Positions 20,792 to 29,525 of a stretch of 56,189 nucleotides of DNA are shown in pieces. The notes under the pieces were generated by a model that saw nothing but the letters and a program-made list of their open reading frames with translations, had not been told where the DNA came from and did no database searches. Every line of letters begins with the position of its first letter. The first letter of the stretch is position 1. Made by a program: the position numbers and the translations under genes. Source of the DNA: Planctomycetota bacterium (GTDB lineage: Bacteria; Planctomycetota; Planctomycetia; Pirellulales; Pirellulaceae); contig CAUJKL010000933.1 of assembly GCA_963204995.1 (NCBI GenBank), positions 1 through 56,189 of the forward strand, given 5' to 3'.

Positions 20792-21604
20792 TCAACAAGA
20801 CTTGGTTCCAGCAGACGTGCAGCCAGTCCCCCGATTCAGTGTGACAATGAGTTCCGCGTGCAACGCCGCTGTCGCTGCCGCCGCGAACTGTGGACGCAAT
20901 AGCTCGAAAGGCTCGCCTTCAACCCCGGTCAGGAAACCACCAGCCTCTTGGACCAACAGTACTCCGGCGGCAACATCCCAGACTTTCACGCTCGTCGCCC
21001 AATACGCGTCGAGACGCCCCGCCGCGAGATAGGCGAGATTCAACGCAGCCGAGCCTAAGCGACGTAATGCTTGGCACTCAACGAGAACATTCAAAAAACG
21101 GTCGATCTCTGGCGAATCGCGAGACACTCCGGTCGAGAGGCTCGCCACCACCAGGGCCGTTCGCAGCGAATCGCAAGCACTCACCGATATCCGTTCGCCA
21201 TTCAAAAACGCCCCTTCTCCTCGCACCGCCGAATAACACTCATTCGCGATTGGGTCGTAGACAACGCCTGCCTGAACTTGGCCACAGTGTTCGAGAGCTA
21301 CGGAGACGGAGAAGGCGGGCAGCCGATGAACATAATTCACCGTTCCATCGAGTGGATCGACGATCCAACGAAAATCGGACTTGCGATCTTCGTGATTTCC
21401 CGTTTCATCTTCTTCGCCGAGGAAGTCGTGATCGGGAAACGCTTCGTGAATGATCTCGTAAATAGCGTCCTGAGACGCAAGGTCGGCCTCACTTACCAAG
21501 TCCTTGGGTGCTTTTTCGCGGGGATGAATGCGGCCCTGCCAATCGAGTAGCACTTGTCCCCCTTTGCGGGCAGACCGTTCACAAACCGTGATATAGTCAC
21601 GCAT
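20792..21604 (-). CDS. suhB: inositol monophosphatase family protein
   Basis: Motifs FLGEE, WIVDPLDGTVNY and WDVAAG, typical of the IMPase/SuhB family. Confidence 0.9.
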   Translation of the reverse strand: MRDYITVCERSARKGGQVLLDWQGRIHPREKAPKDLVSEADLASQDAIYEIIHEAFPDHDFLGEEDETGNHEDRKSDFRWIVDPLDGTVNYVHRLPAFSVSVALEHCGQVQAGVVYDPIANECYSAVRGEGAFLNGERISVSACDSLRTALVVASLSTGVSRDSPEIDRFLNVLVECQALRRLGSAALNLAYLAAGRLDAYWATSVKVWDVAAGVLLVQEAGGFLTGVEGEPFELLRPQFAAAATAALHAELIVTLNRGTGCTSAGTKSC

Positions 21605-21706
21605 TAGGCTGTTCCGATCGCGTCGATTTGAGCTGGGCGTTACGAATTGTTTGGGGTCGATCTCGGGCTGATCCTTTTAGAAGTCCCCATTTTTCGGCAG
21701 AAAGTA

Positions 21707-21734
21707 TGGACACGTCAACCAATCATGTTATCAT
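21707..21734 (+). promoter_or_regulatory. candidate sigma70-type promoter with extended -10
   Basis: TGGACA (21707-12), a 16-nt spacer ending in TGt, then TATCAT (21729-34). No ORF follows before the terminator at 21844. Confidence 0.4.
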
Positions 21735-21740
21735 CGATAG

Positions 21741-21880
21741 AAGTATTTAGCCCCCAACGAGAGGTCGCGCCGCAAATCGGACCTGCCTATTAGGTTTGTT
21801 TTATTTCTACCTAGTTGGCGATTCGGCCTCTTCTCTGTTCCGGCCCCGCCGTTTCGTTTTACGTGACGGCGGGGTTTTTT
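21741..21880 (+). ncRNA. candidate ~140-nt small RNA or cis-regulatory leader (unclassified)
   Basis: Bounded by the candidate promoter and a strong intrinsic terminator. There is no plausible ORF on this strand, and the next gene's ATG is 40 nt after the terminator. Confidence 0.35.
21844..21880 (+). terminator. rho-independent terminator
   Basis: CCCCGCCGT (21844-52) pairs with ACGGCGGGG (21866-74): a 9-bp GC-rich stem followed by TTTTTT (21875-80). Confidence 0.85.
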
Positions 21881-21920
21881 CGTACCAAAATTCCAACCAG
21901 CCAGCACGGAGCACTTCGGC

Positions 21921-22583
21921 ATGTGGCAACTCGACGGAAGCAAGGCACGTCTCGAAACATCACGCCTAACTTGCGAATTGGATCTCGCTTGGCCAGGGCG
22001 TGGATTGACGAAATTGGCGGGCAGTCTCGTGGCGGGCAGTCTCGATCCATCGAATGCGTTTTCCGCAGAGGGCGCGGCGATCATGCAATTGACGCTGCCT
22101 GGTAATGCGACGCTGCTCACCGATGCTTATGTTCGTGGCAACGATCTCGTCGCGACGTATGACGAGTCGGCAGATCTCCCCTGTCGCACGCAAGTATACT
22201 GGCGCATCGAGAACGAGTCGGATTTTTTAGGTATCCAGTTGATCGTGTCCGTGCAGACATCGCTGCTCGATGCGGCTCCCAGCCTTACGGTCGCCAGCCA
22301 AGTTGCTGGTTCAGTTCGCTTGGTCGAAGAAGGCGTCGCCCTCATGTCGCTGCTAGATCCGAACGTTTCTTACGTCGAAGTCACGGACGGATCGAATGTT
22401 GAATCCACAATTATTCAGAATAACTCACAGATCACGAACAAGTTGTTTCCGGGTTCGTTGGAAAAGGGCGTCATTCGACGAGCGAGAATTCTCGGCTGTT
22501 TTTTATCCGCGTCTTCTGCGGAACAAACAGCGAGAACACTTCACGAGCGCTTCGTCCGCTCCGCGCCACCGCTCACGACTTAA
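21921..22583 (+). CDS. hypothetical protein
   Basis: 220-aa ORF with coding-like composition and no recognisable motif; converges on the DUF1501 gene with a 9-nt gap. Confidence 0.5.
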   Translation: MWQLDGSKARLETSRLTCELDLAWPGRGLTKLAGSLVAGSLDPSNAFSAEGAAIMQLTLPGNATLLTDAYVRGNDLVATYDESADLPCRTQVYWRIENESDFLGIQLIVSVQTSLLDAAPSLTVASQVAGSVRLVEEGVALMSLLDPNVSYVEVTDGSNVESTIIQNNSQITNKLFPGSLEKGVIRRARILGCFLSASSAEQTARTLHERFVRSAPPLTT

Positions 22584-22592
22584 CAGTATGTG

Positions 22593-24071
22593 TCAGGCAA
22601 GTAGTGGCTGAACCACTTTCCCGCCCTGATCGGTCAGCCGGACTTCCAAGCCTTTGAATCTGTGCGAGAAGCGCAAGTGATCAAAGCCGAACAGGTGCAG
22701 TATCGTGGCGTGAAAGTCGTTGATGTGAACCGGATCTTTCACGGGCGACCAGCCGATCTCGTCGGTTTCGCCGTAGACCTGCCCGCCCTTAATTCCACCG
22801 CCAGCCAGCAGCACGCTAAAGGCAGCTGGATGGTGGTCGCGGCCCACGACCGCAGCCTGATTACCAGCGCGGTTCTCCCACAGCGGCGTCCTGCCGAATT
22901 CACCTGCAAACACGATCAGCGTCGAGTCGAGCAATCCACGTTGCTTGAGATCCTTGATCAAGGCCGCGATCGGCTGATCGGCCATACCGGCGTTGTATCC
23001 CAGCTCTTCATCGATGTTGCTATGATGATCCCACGAAGCATGCACGAGCGTCACGAATCGAACGCCGCGCTCAATCATCCGTCGGGCGAGGACACAGTTT
23101 GTCGCGAATTGCTGATAGACATGGGGACCGCCGCCGCGAAAGTCGAACTTCGCGGGTTCTTTGCGAGTCACGCCATACGCATCGAGCGTCGCGGGAGTCT
23201 CGTCGGACAGATCGATTAACTCGGGTGCCGCAGCCTGCATTCGAAACGCGAGTTCGTAAGACGCGATGCGGCTGGCGATCTGTGGATCTTGAACCAGGTC
23301 GAAGCGTCGGCGGTTGAGCTTGCTGAGCGTCTCCAATCCCTGTTGCTGCACGTCGCGGTCGATTCCAGGCGGATTGTTCAAGTTCAAAACGGGTTCGCCC
23401 TCGCTCCGAAACACGACGCCTTCATAGGTCGAAGGCAAGAACCCGCTCGACCAATTGGAAACGCCACCGCTGCTGCCTCGCCCCGCAGTTAGCACCACAT
23501 AGCCCGGCAAATCATCCGATTCGCTGCCAAGCCCATAGTTCAACCACGAACCCATGCTGGGACGCCCGAATCGCGGCACACCGCTGCACAACATCAGCTG
23601 GGCCGGGTGATGGTTGAAGGCGTCGGTATGCATGGACCGCACCAAACACAAGTCATCGGCACAAGACCCCAGGTGAGGCAGAAAGTCCGACAGTTCCATC
23701 CCGCACTCGCCGTGCTTCGTGAATTCTCTGGCGCTGCCCGCGAGAACGGCGGTTTCTTTCTTCACAAAGGCAAAGCGAACATTCTCGATCAACGAGGCCG
23801 GTGGCTTCTCGCCATGCAACTCGCGGAGCTTGGGTTTGGGATCGAACAAGTCGAGGTGGCTGGGCGCTCCTGCCGGCAAGATGAAGATGCACTGCTTGGC
23901 CTTGGCCGGGAGCGGTGACGGCTTGGGAGCCAGCGGGTTGACGGACGACTCGTCGCCCAGCAACCGATCTTGCTGCAACAGCGACGCCAGTGCCGCAGCC
24001 CCGAGGCCCGAAGCACTGGACGTCAAAAAATGCCGGCGTGTTTGAGCCCACATCGCTTCGTCGAATCGCAT
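22593..24071 (-). CDS. DUF1501 (sulfatase-fold) protein with Tat signal
   Basis: Twin-arginine leader TRRHFLTSSASGLGAAALASL; the length and its position downstream of a PSD1 gene match the common planctomycete PSD1/DUF1501 pair. Confidence 0.88.
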   Translation of the reverse strand: MRFDEAMWAQTRRHFLTSSASGLGAAALASLLQQDRLLGDESSVNPLAPKPSPLPAKAKQCIFILPAGAPSHLDLFDPKPKLRELHGEKPPASLIENVRFAFVKKETAVLAGSAREFTKHGECGMELSDFLPHLGSCADDLCLVRSMHTDAFNHHPAQLMLCSGVPRFGRPSMGSWLNYGLGSESDDLPGYVVLTAGRGSSGGVSNWSSGFLPSTYEGVVFRSEGEPVLNLNNPPGIDRDVQQQGLETLSKLNRRRFDLVQDPQIASRIASYELAFRMQAAAPELIDLSDETPATLDAYGVTRKEPAKFDFRGGGPHVYQQFATNCVLARRMIERGVRFVTLVHASWDHHSNIDEELGYNAGMADQPIAALIKDLKQRGLLDSTLIVFAGEFGRTPLWENRAGNQAAVVGRDHHPAAFSVLLAGGGIKGGQVYGETDEIGWSPVKDPVHINDFHATILHLFGFDHLRFSHRFKGLEVRLTDQGGKVVQPLLA

Positions 24072-24090
24072 CTGTTAGTTCCTCGAAAAT

Positions 24091-24171
24091 GTAGGCCGGA
24101 CCAAGGCTTTGCGCAGCTCCGGCATCCGCTCAACAACTGCCGGAACCGCGCAAAGCCTTGGTCCGGCCTAC
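24091..24171. repeat. perfect 24-bp inverted repeat plus inner 7-bp stem between the PSD1 and DUF1501 genes
   Basis: GTAGGCCGGACCAAGGCTTTGCGC (24091-24114) pairs with GCGCAAAGCCTTGGTCCGGCCTAC (24148-24171). Inner pair: TCCGGCA / TGCCGGA. Confidence 0.9.
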
Positions 24172-24174
24172 TTA

Positions 24175-27100
24175 TTATTCCCGCGTAATGAACTCGTCGA
24201 GGTTGATCAACGTGCGCGTCACCACAATCCAGGCGGCAAGCTCTTCGGGCGAACTTCCATCAGGCACAACGTGTTTGCCGACGATCTGTTTCGTCGCCTC
24301 GAGATCGGCTTCCGCTCGTTGCTGCTGGGCCAACCGCAGAGCAATCACGTCCTCCAACTCGCCGTCTGTCGGGCGACGCGACAGGCAAAGCATGAACGCA
24401 TACTGCGCTCGTTCTCCCATCGTTTGAGTCTTGTCACTGCTCGGCGATACTTCGGTCACCACGCGCGAGCCGAAGGCTTGCGCACACTCGTAGAACGCCG
24501 GATCGTTCCATAACGTCAACGCCTGCAGTGGCGTGTTACTCAAGCTCCGTTGCGTGCAACATTCGGTCGAATCGGGTGAATCGAATGTCATCAACATCGG
24601 ATAAGGTGACGTTCGTTGGAAGAAGGTGTACAGCCCGCGACGATAGGCGTCGCCGCCTTTGCTGACTTGCCACTTGGCACTGTTGGCATACGTCAAGCTT
24701 GAGTATTCCTCGGGCTGAGGCGGGCGCACGCTGGGACCGCCGATTCGCGAGTCGAGCAGTCCACTGGCCGCGAGCGCGATGTCTCGAATCGTTTCTGCTT
24801 CCACGCGGCGTCGCTGCTGACGAGCAAGCAGCGCGTTGTACGGATCGCGTTCTGCCAACTCCGGCCGAAACTCGGCGGACTGCCGGTAGGTCGCCGAGTT
24901 GACGATCAATCGCTGCAACTGCTTCAAGCTCCAACCTTGTCGTTGAAACTCGCTGGCGAGCCAATCCAACAAGTCGGGATGCGAAGGTTTCTCGCCTTGC
25001 GTGCCGAAATCATCGACCGTGGTAACGATGCCGCGTCCGAAGATCCGCTGCCAGACGCGATTCACCGTCACGCGTGCGGTCAACGGATTGTCGGCGGCAA
25101 ACAACCAGCGTGCAAAATCCAAACGATCGAGCTTCGCCTCGTCGGCAGCAAGCCCCGGCAAGACCGAAGGCGTTAGTGCAATGACCGGTTCACCCTGGTT
25201 GAGAAAATCACCGCGAATGTGAATCTTCGCTTGCCTCGGCTGTGAGACTTGAACAACTGCTTGAGCCTTCACATCCGAAGCAGCGGGTGCTTGCTTGGCA
25301 TGATCCGCGACGATCTTGTTCAAACGAGCCAATTCAACATCGACGGTGCGGAAGTACGCGGCAACCTGTCTCTGTTCGTCCGCGTTTCGCTCCGTCGCGG
25401 GCTTCGCCAATGCCTTGGCAACATCGCCCGGCATTCCCTCCAGCGTCGCCGGAAGATTCCCCGAGGTGAACGACAGTCGGAAGCGACCCAGATTGTGCGA
25501 GTTGCCTCGATTGTAAGTCTGATCCAAAACAAACGTCAGCTTCGTGCCGCCCGCAAAGCCCACCGCTTCTTTCGCTTCGAACACGGCCACGTGGCGTTTG
25601 CCGAATTCTGGACTGACCGCCCAGCCGTCCGTCGGTTCGTCGTTGATGGCCTTCTCGACTTGCCAATCGCCTTGCGAGAAATCGGCTTTCGCGGCTGTTA
25701 GCTCGATCGCCTTCGGCGTTTCCTCGCCGTTGGTCGGCGACGCGGTGACGCTGAACGTCGTCAGCACAAAGTTCCCATTGTCCGCTCTGCCGGGCCCTTC
25801 CTTGACGAGGCTCTTATCGGGCAACACTTCCAACCGCACGGCCGAGACTCGTTCGGCATCGATTATGGCTTCAACGGTGTAAACATCGGAGACTTCATTC
25901 TTTCCAGTGGCGAGCCAGGAAGAGTCGTCTTGGCGCTGAAACGTTGCCCCGTGTTTTGAAGTAACTGCCTTCGGCTCGATCGTCTGCCACACGACCGCTT
26001 TATCCAAGGCCGTAGTTTCCCACTTCGCTTGGGCCCTCGCTAGTTGATTCGCCTCGTAATCTTTCACTTTCGCGATCAGCGTCGCATGTGCCGCGTCGTA
26101 AGCGTCTTTTGCCAATCGGATTCGTTCTTGATCTGCAGGCAGCGGTGCGTCGATATCTGATTCGTCGATGTCGTTAAAGAACGCGTAGAGCTGATAGTAT
26201 TCGCGTTGCGTGAGCGGATCGTACTTGTGAGAGTGGCATTGAGCACAACCGACTGTGAGTCCCAGCCAAATCTCGCCGACCGTGTTGGTTCGATCGACGG
26301 TCTTCTTGACTCGATCCTCTTCCTGGTCCGCTCCTCCTTCGGTGTTGTGCAAGGTGTTGCGATGGAAGCCGCTGGCGACTCGCTGTTCGAGCGTTGCGTC
26401 AGGAAGCATGTCGCCCGCGATCTGCTCGATACTGAACTGGTCGTACGGCAAATCGGCATTCAACGCATCGATCACCCAGTTGCGATAACGCCAGGCGTAA
26501 GGCCGAGCCCGATCCTTCTCATAACCATCGCTATCCGCATATCGTGCCAGGTCGAGCCAATGTCGCCCCCAACGTTCCCCGTAATGCGGAGACGATAAAA
26601 CGCGATCGACCATCCGTTCGTACGCGTCGGCATTCGAATCCTGTAAGAACGCATCGAGTTCCTGAGGCGACGGCGGCAATCCCAACAAGTCAAGATAAAC
26701 TCGACGCATCAATGTTTCACGCGACGCTTCTGGCGACGGTCGAATGCCTTCGGCTTCAAGGCGTTTCAATACGAACGCATCGATCGGAGTTTTGATCCAA
26801 GCGAGATCGCTTGGTGTCGGCAGCGAGGGATGAGCGATCGGCCGAAACGACCAATGAGCCGACCCGCCGGAGGCAACGTCCGCGCTGTCCGGCCAATCCG
26901 CGCCTTGATCGATCCAAGCTCGCAGCACCGCGATCTGTTCCGACGTCAACGGAGTCCCCTCCCCTTCCGGCGGCATGATGCCTGTGTCTTTGTCCAACCC
27001 AGCAACTAATGTGATCAGACGGCTCTTCGCGCTATCGCCGGGGATGATGCTCTTACCGCCGTCGCCGCCGTCTAACGCTCGCGCCTTCACATCAAGTCGA

Positions 27101-27285
27101 AGCCCTGCTTCTTGCTCTTCCGCTCCGTGGCACGAGTAGCAAGTTTTACGAAGGATCGGTTGAATGTCCGCGACAAAGTCGACTTGGCGATCGACCGCGT
27201 CGGGCAGCGGCTGGGCGTCATCCGCTTGTAGAGCAGCGTGCGTAACGAGTATGAACACGAACGCGACTGGCAACACCGATCGCAT
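24175..27285 (-). CDS. PSCyt1/PSCyt2(DUF1549)/PSD1(DUF1553) planctomycete cytochrome-c-domain protein
   Basis: Signal peptide, haem motif CYSCHG near the N-terminus, and CAQCHSHKYDP, the DUF1549 hallmark; 1036 aa. Confidence 0.9.
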   Translation of the reverse strand: MRSVLPVAFVFILVTHAALQADDAQPLPDAVDRQVDFVADIQPILRKTCYSCHGAEEQEAGLRLDVKARALDGGDGGKSIIPGDSAKSRLITLVAGLDKDTGIMPPEGEGTPLTSEQIAVLRAWIDQGADWPDSADVASGGSAHWSFRPIAHPSLPTPSDLAWIKTPIDAFVLKRLEAEGIRPSPEASRETLMRRVYLDLLGLPPSPQELDAFLQDSNADAYERMVDRVLSSPHYGERWGRHWLDLARYADSDGYEKDRARPYAWRYRNWVIDALNADLPYDQFSIEQIAGDMLPDATLEQRVASGFHRNTLHNTEGGADQEEDRVKKTVDRTNTVGEIWLGLTVGCAQCHSHKYDPLTQREYYQLYAFFNDIDESDIDAPLPADQERIRLAKDAYDAAHATLIAKVKDYEANQLARAQAKWETTALDKAVVWQTIEPKAVTSKHGATFQRQDDSSWLATGKNEVSDVYTVEAIIDAERVSAVRLEVLPDKSLVKEGPGRADNGNFVLTTFSVTASPTNGEETPKAIELTAAKADFSQGDWQVEKAINDEPTDGWAVSPEFGKRHVAVFEAKEAVGFAGGTKLTFVLDQTYNRGNSHNLGRFRLSFTSGNLPATLEGMPGDVAKALAKPATERNADEQRQVAAYFRTVDVELARLNKIVADHAKQAPAASDVKAQAVVQVSQPRQAKIHIRGDFLNQGEPVIALTPSVLPGLAADEAKLDRLDFARWLFAADNPLTARVTVNRVWQRIFGRGIVTTVDDFGTQGEKPSHPDLLDWLASEFQRQGWSLKQLQRLIVNSATYRQSAEFRPELAERDPYNALLARQQRRRVEAETIRDIALAASGLLDSRIGGPSVRPPQPEEYSSLTYANSAKWQVSKGGDAYRRGLYTFFQRTSPYPMLMTFDSPDSTECCTQRSLSNTPLQALTLWNDPAFYECAQAFGSRVVTEVSPSSDKTQTMGERAQYAFMLCLSRRPTDGELEDVIALRLAQQQRAEADLEATKQIVGKHVVPDGSSPEELAAWIVVTRTLINLDEFITRE

Positions 27286-27364
27286 ACAAGGAACTCCGTT
27301 CTCTGGACTTCAGGGCGGGAATATTTTCGCGGTCAATCTTTCCGCGAGGGCGGGACGCCTCCAT

Positions 27365-27823
27365 TTAACCAGACCGATCGAGAAGGGTCAAATCGAGAAC
27401 GTATCGGGGCGTGGGGGCAGAGTGAGGAGGCGCGAGTGATTGTGGGATGCTGGTTGCGGCCTCAAGGTAGCGCGAGATGTTCTCATCGTCTGGCAACTCC
27501 CGCGTTAAAGGCAGCTTGGCGATGTAGCCGAAGAACCAGAAGTAGAAATCACGGTGACGGGAGCCGGGCATGGCGACGCCGACAACCAACGGTATTGTTG
27601 GAGACGCATCAAAGCGCTGCATGAACTCGTGGCTTGGTGAAACATCGTCTGGGAAATCCATACCGATCTCACGACAGGCTCGGTGAAACACTTGGCCCAC
27701 TCCTCTATCCTTCGTCGGTCCCCAGCATGCCGCGTAGCAGCACACCAGTGTCACCACGACCACCATCGTCCTGGCCGAGAACCTGGGCCGCCACCGCTTG
27801 GCCTTGTCGTGCTGGGAGGTCAT
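27365..27823 (-). CDS. hypothetical N-terminally anchored protein
   Basis: 152-aa ORF with the TM segment MVVVVTLVCCYAACWG after a basic N-terminus. Confidence 0.45.
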   Translation of the reverse strand: MTSQHDKAKRWRPRFSARTMVVVVTLVCCYAACWGPTKDRGVGQVFHRACREIGMDFPDDVSPSHEFMQRFDASPTIPLVVGVAMPGSRHRDFYFWFFGYIAKLPLTRELPDDENISRYLEAATSIPQSLAPPHSAPTPRYVLDLTLLDRSG

Positions 27824-27831
27824 TGGCTACG

Positions 27832-27972
27832 TCATCCCGCAGGGAACAGCTTGAAGATTAGGAGTGCCATGGACAGTAACAGAAATAGTAGTCCACCTCC
27901 GCCCAAACAAAACTCCGGCTGGCTAAGCCACCAGGGCCACCGTCGTCTCGTTTTGTCTCGCTCGTCGGGCAT
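27832..27972 (-). CDS. possible 46-aa membrane peptide
   Basis: MPDERDKTRRRWPWW...GGGGLLFLLLSMALLIFKLF; its stop lies 8 nt before the start of the next gene. Supported only by hydrophobicity and position. Confidence 0.25.
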   Translation of the reverse strand: MPDERDKTRRRWPWWLSQPEFCLGGGGLLFLLLSMALLIFKLFPAG

Positions 27973-28037
27973 GGGGGTATTGTAACAGCACGAAGGCAGC
28001 CCCACGATGTTAGTTGCATTTTGCGAGGAGATCCGGC

Positions 28038-29000
28038 ATGCCATTGGGAATCAAGCCGACCGTCGACTTTGCGTTCAAAAAGATCTTCGGCAGTCCGGAG
28101 AGCGCCGACGCTTTGATCGGATTGCTGAACGCGATCCTCGCACTGCCCCGTCCGATCACACAAGTCGACGTCCGCAATCCGTTCAACTATCAGGAGTTTG
28201 CGGAAGACAAGTTGATTGTATTGGACATTCGGGCGTTAGATTCGACGGGCCGCTGGCTGAACATCGAGATGCAGGTTTCGATCGCAAGCGGGTTACTCCA
28301 GCGGCTGGCGTACTACGCTTGCAGCCTGTACGTCGATCAGTTGAAGTCCGGCAAAAACTATGTGTCGTTACAGCCCGCGATTTCCATTTGTCTCTTAAGT
28401 GCCGTGCTGTTTCACGACACCGCCACAGCCCACCACCGGTTTCGGATGTGCGATCCTGACCAGGGCAAAGAGTTGCCGAACGCGGTTGAAGTACACACCG
28501 TCGAGCTAACGAAGTATACTTTGGGGGAGGATACGATCGGTCAAGCCAGTAAGATCGAGCAATGGGCGTTCTTCCTGTTGTTTGCTGATCAGTACGAGCC
28601 ACGGCGATTACGCGAGTTGCTTCCCGAAGTCGAGTTTCAGGAAGCGATCACGATCGTCGAACAGATTGCATGTAAAACCGAGGACCGAACCATGTACGAT
28701 CAACGCGAGAAAGCTGAACGGGACCATCAATGGCGACTAGAGGGTGCCCTCAATGCGGGGCTCGAGCAGGGGCGCGAGCAGGGGCGCGTGCAGGGGCTCG
28801 AGCAAGGACGCGTGCAAGGGCTTGAGCAAGGACGTGAAGAAGGCCGTCGGCAAGGTGTCGTCGCCGGGAAGATTCAAGTTATGCAGCAACTGCTGGGTGA
28901 ACCGGAGAGGTCATTGGACGATCTACTACAACAGCCTTTGCAGGAACTCACTCGTTTGTTGGCCGAATTGCAAGAACGACTACGCGTACGTGGTGGCTGA
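28038..29000 (+). CDS. Rpn family recombination-promoting nuclease / PD-(D/E)xK putative transposase
   Basis: MPLGIKPTVDFAFKKIFGSPESADALIGLLNAIL is the family N-terminus. Nuclease core: DKLIVLDIRA...WLNIEMQV. GAGGAG 7 nt upstream of the ATG. The C-terminus has an EQGR-type repeat. Confidence 0.85.
   Translation: MPLGIKPTVDFAFKKIFGSPESADALIGLLNAILALPRPITQVDVRNPFNYQEFAEDKLIVLDIRALDSTGRWLNIEMQVSIASGLLQRLAYYACSLYVDQLKSGKNYVSLQPAISICLLSAVLFHDTATAHHRFRMCDPDQGKELPNAVEVHTVELTKYTLGEDTIGQASKIEQWAFFLLFADQYEPRRLRELLPEVEFQEAITIVEQIACKTEDRTMYDQREKAERDHQWRLEGALNAGLEQGREQGRVQGLEQGRVQGLEQGREEGRRQGVVAGKIQVMQQLLGEPERSLDDLLQQPLQELTRLLAELQERLRVRGG
28757..28856 (+). repeat. 15-nt-periodic tandem repeat encoding (L)EQGR(x) units inside the Rpn gene
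   Basis: GLEQGREQGRVQGLEQGRVQGLEQGREEGRRQG; the nucleotide units ctcgagcaggggcgc / gagcaggggcgcgtg / ... were read directly. Confidence 0.8.
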
Positions 29001-29133
29001 CGTAATGTACGAAGCGAGGGCGGCGACAATACGAATGCGCCGGCTGAATTGGACAACGCCATAACGTTGGTCGCTTTGACATGCCTTGCCGAACAGAGCA
29101 ACTCGGCAATAATCTTCTGTTCAGAAAGTCCTC

Positions 29134-29487
29134 TTGCCAAAAAGTGAACCCAGGTACAAAAGATCCGTGCATCGAAAAGCCCTCGAACCAATTCGACAAG
29201 CTGCTCAGCGAGAGCACGAAAAGTCATTGACGCAAACCGTACGAGTTTCGTCGGGCGACGCAGTTCCGCCCGGCTATCGCCGTTTTCCCGTGAAGAGCCC
29301 GGCGATCTATGCCAAAGTGCAGGTGTTATCGAGCAAACTCGGAGTGCCGGTGTTTATTGAGACAAGCGGCGTGGCACCAGAACAACGAACGGCTTATTGG
29401 GTTCACGAAGACATTCTTCCCCGGCTGGCGCGGTGGCTGCGTATTCGCATCTTTCCGATCAGCGACATCGTCGACTGCGATCGCTGA
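29134..29487 (+). CDS. hypothetical protein (weak call)
   Basis: 117-aa ORF with no motif. Its 5' part overlaps an opposite-strand ORF fragment (28874-29227) that looks transposase-like; only one of the two can be real. Confidence 0.3.
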   Translation: MPKSEPRYKRSVHRKALEPIRQAAQREHEKSLTQTVRVSSGDAVPPGYRRFPVKSPAIYAKVQVLSSKLGVPVFIETSGVAPEQRTAYWVHEDILPRLARWLRIRIFPISDIVDCDR

Positions 29488-29525
29488 CTCGCGCATGCCT
29501 CCCTGGCTAACACAATCCGCGAAAC

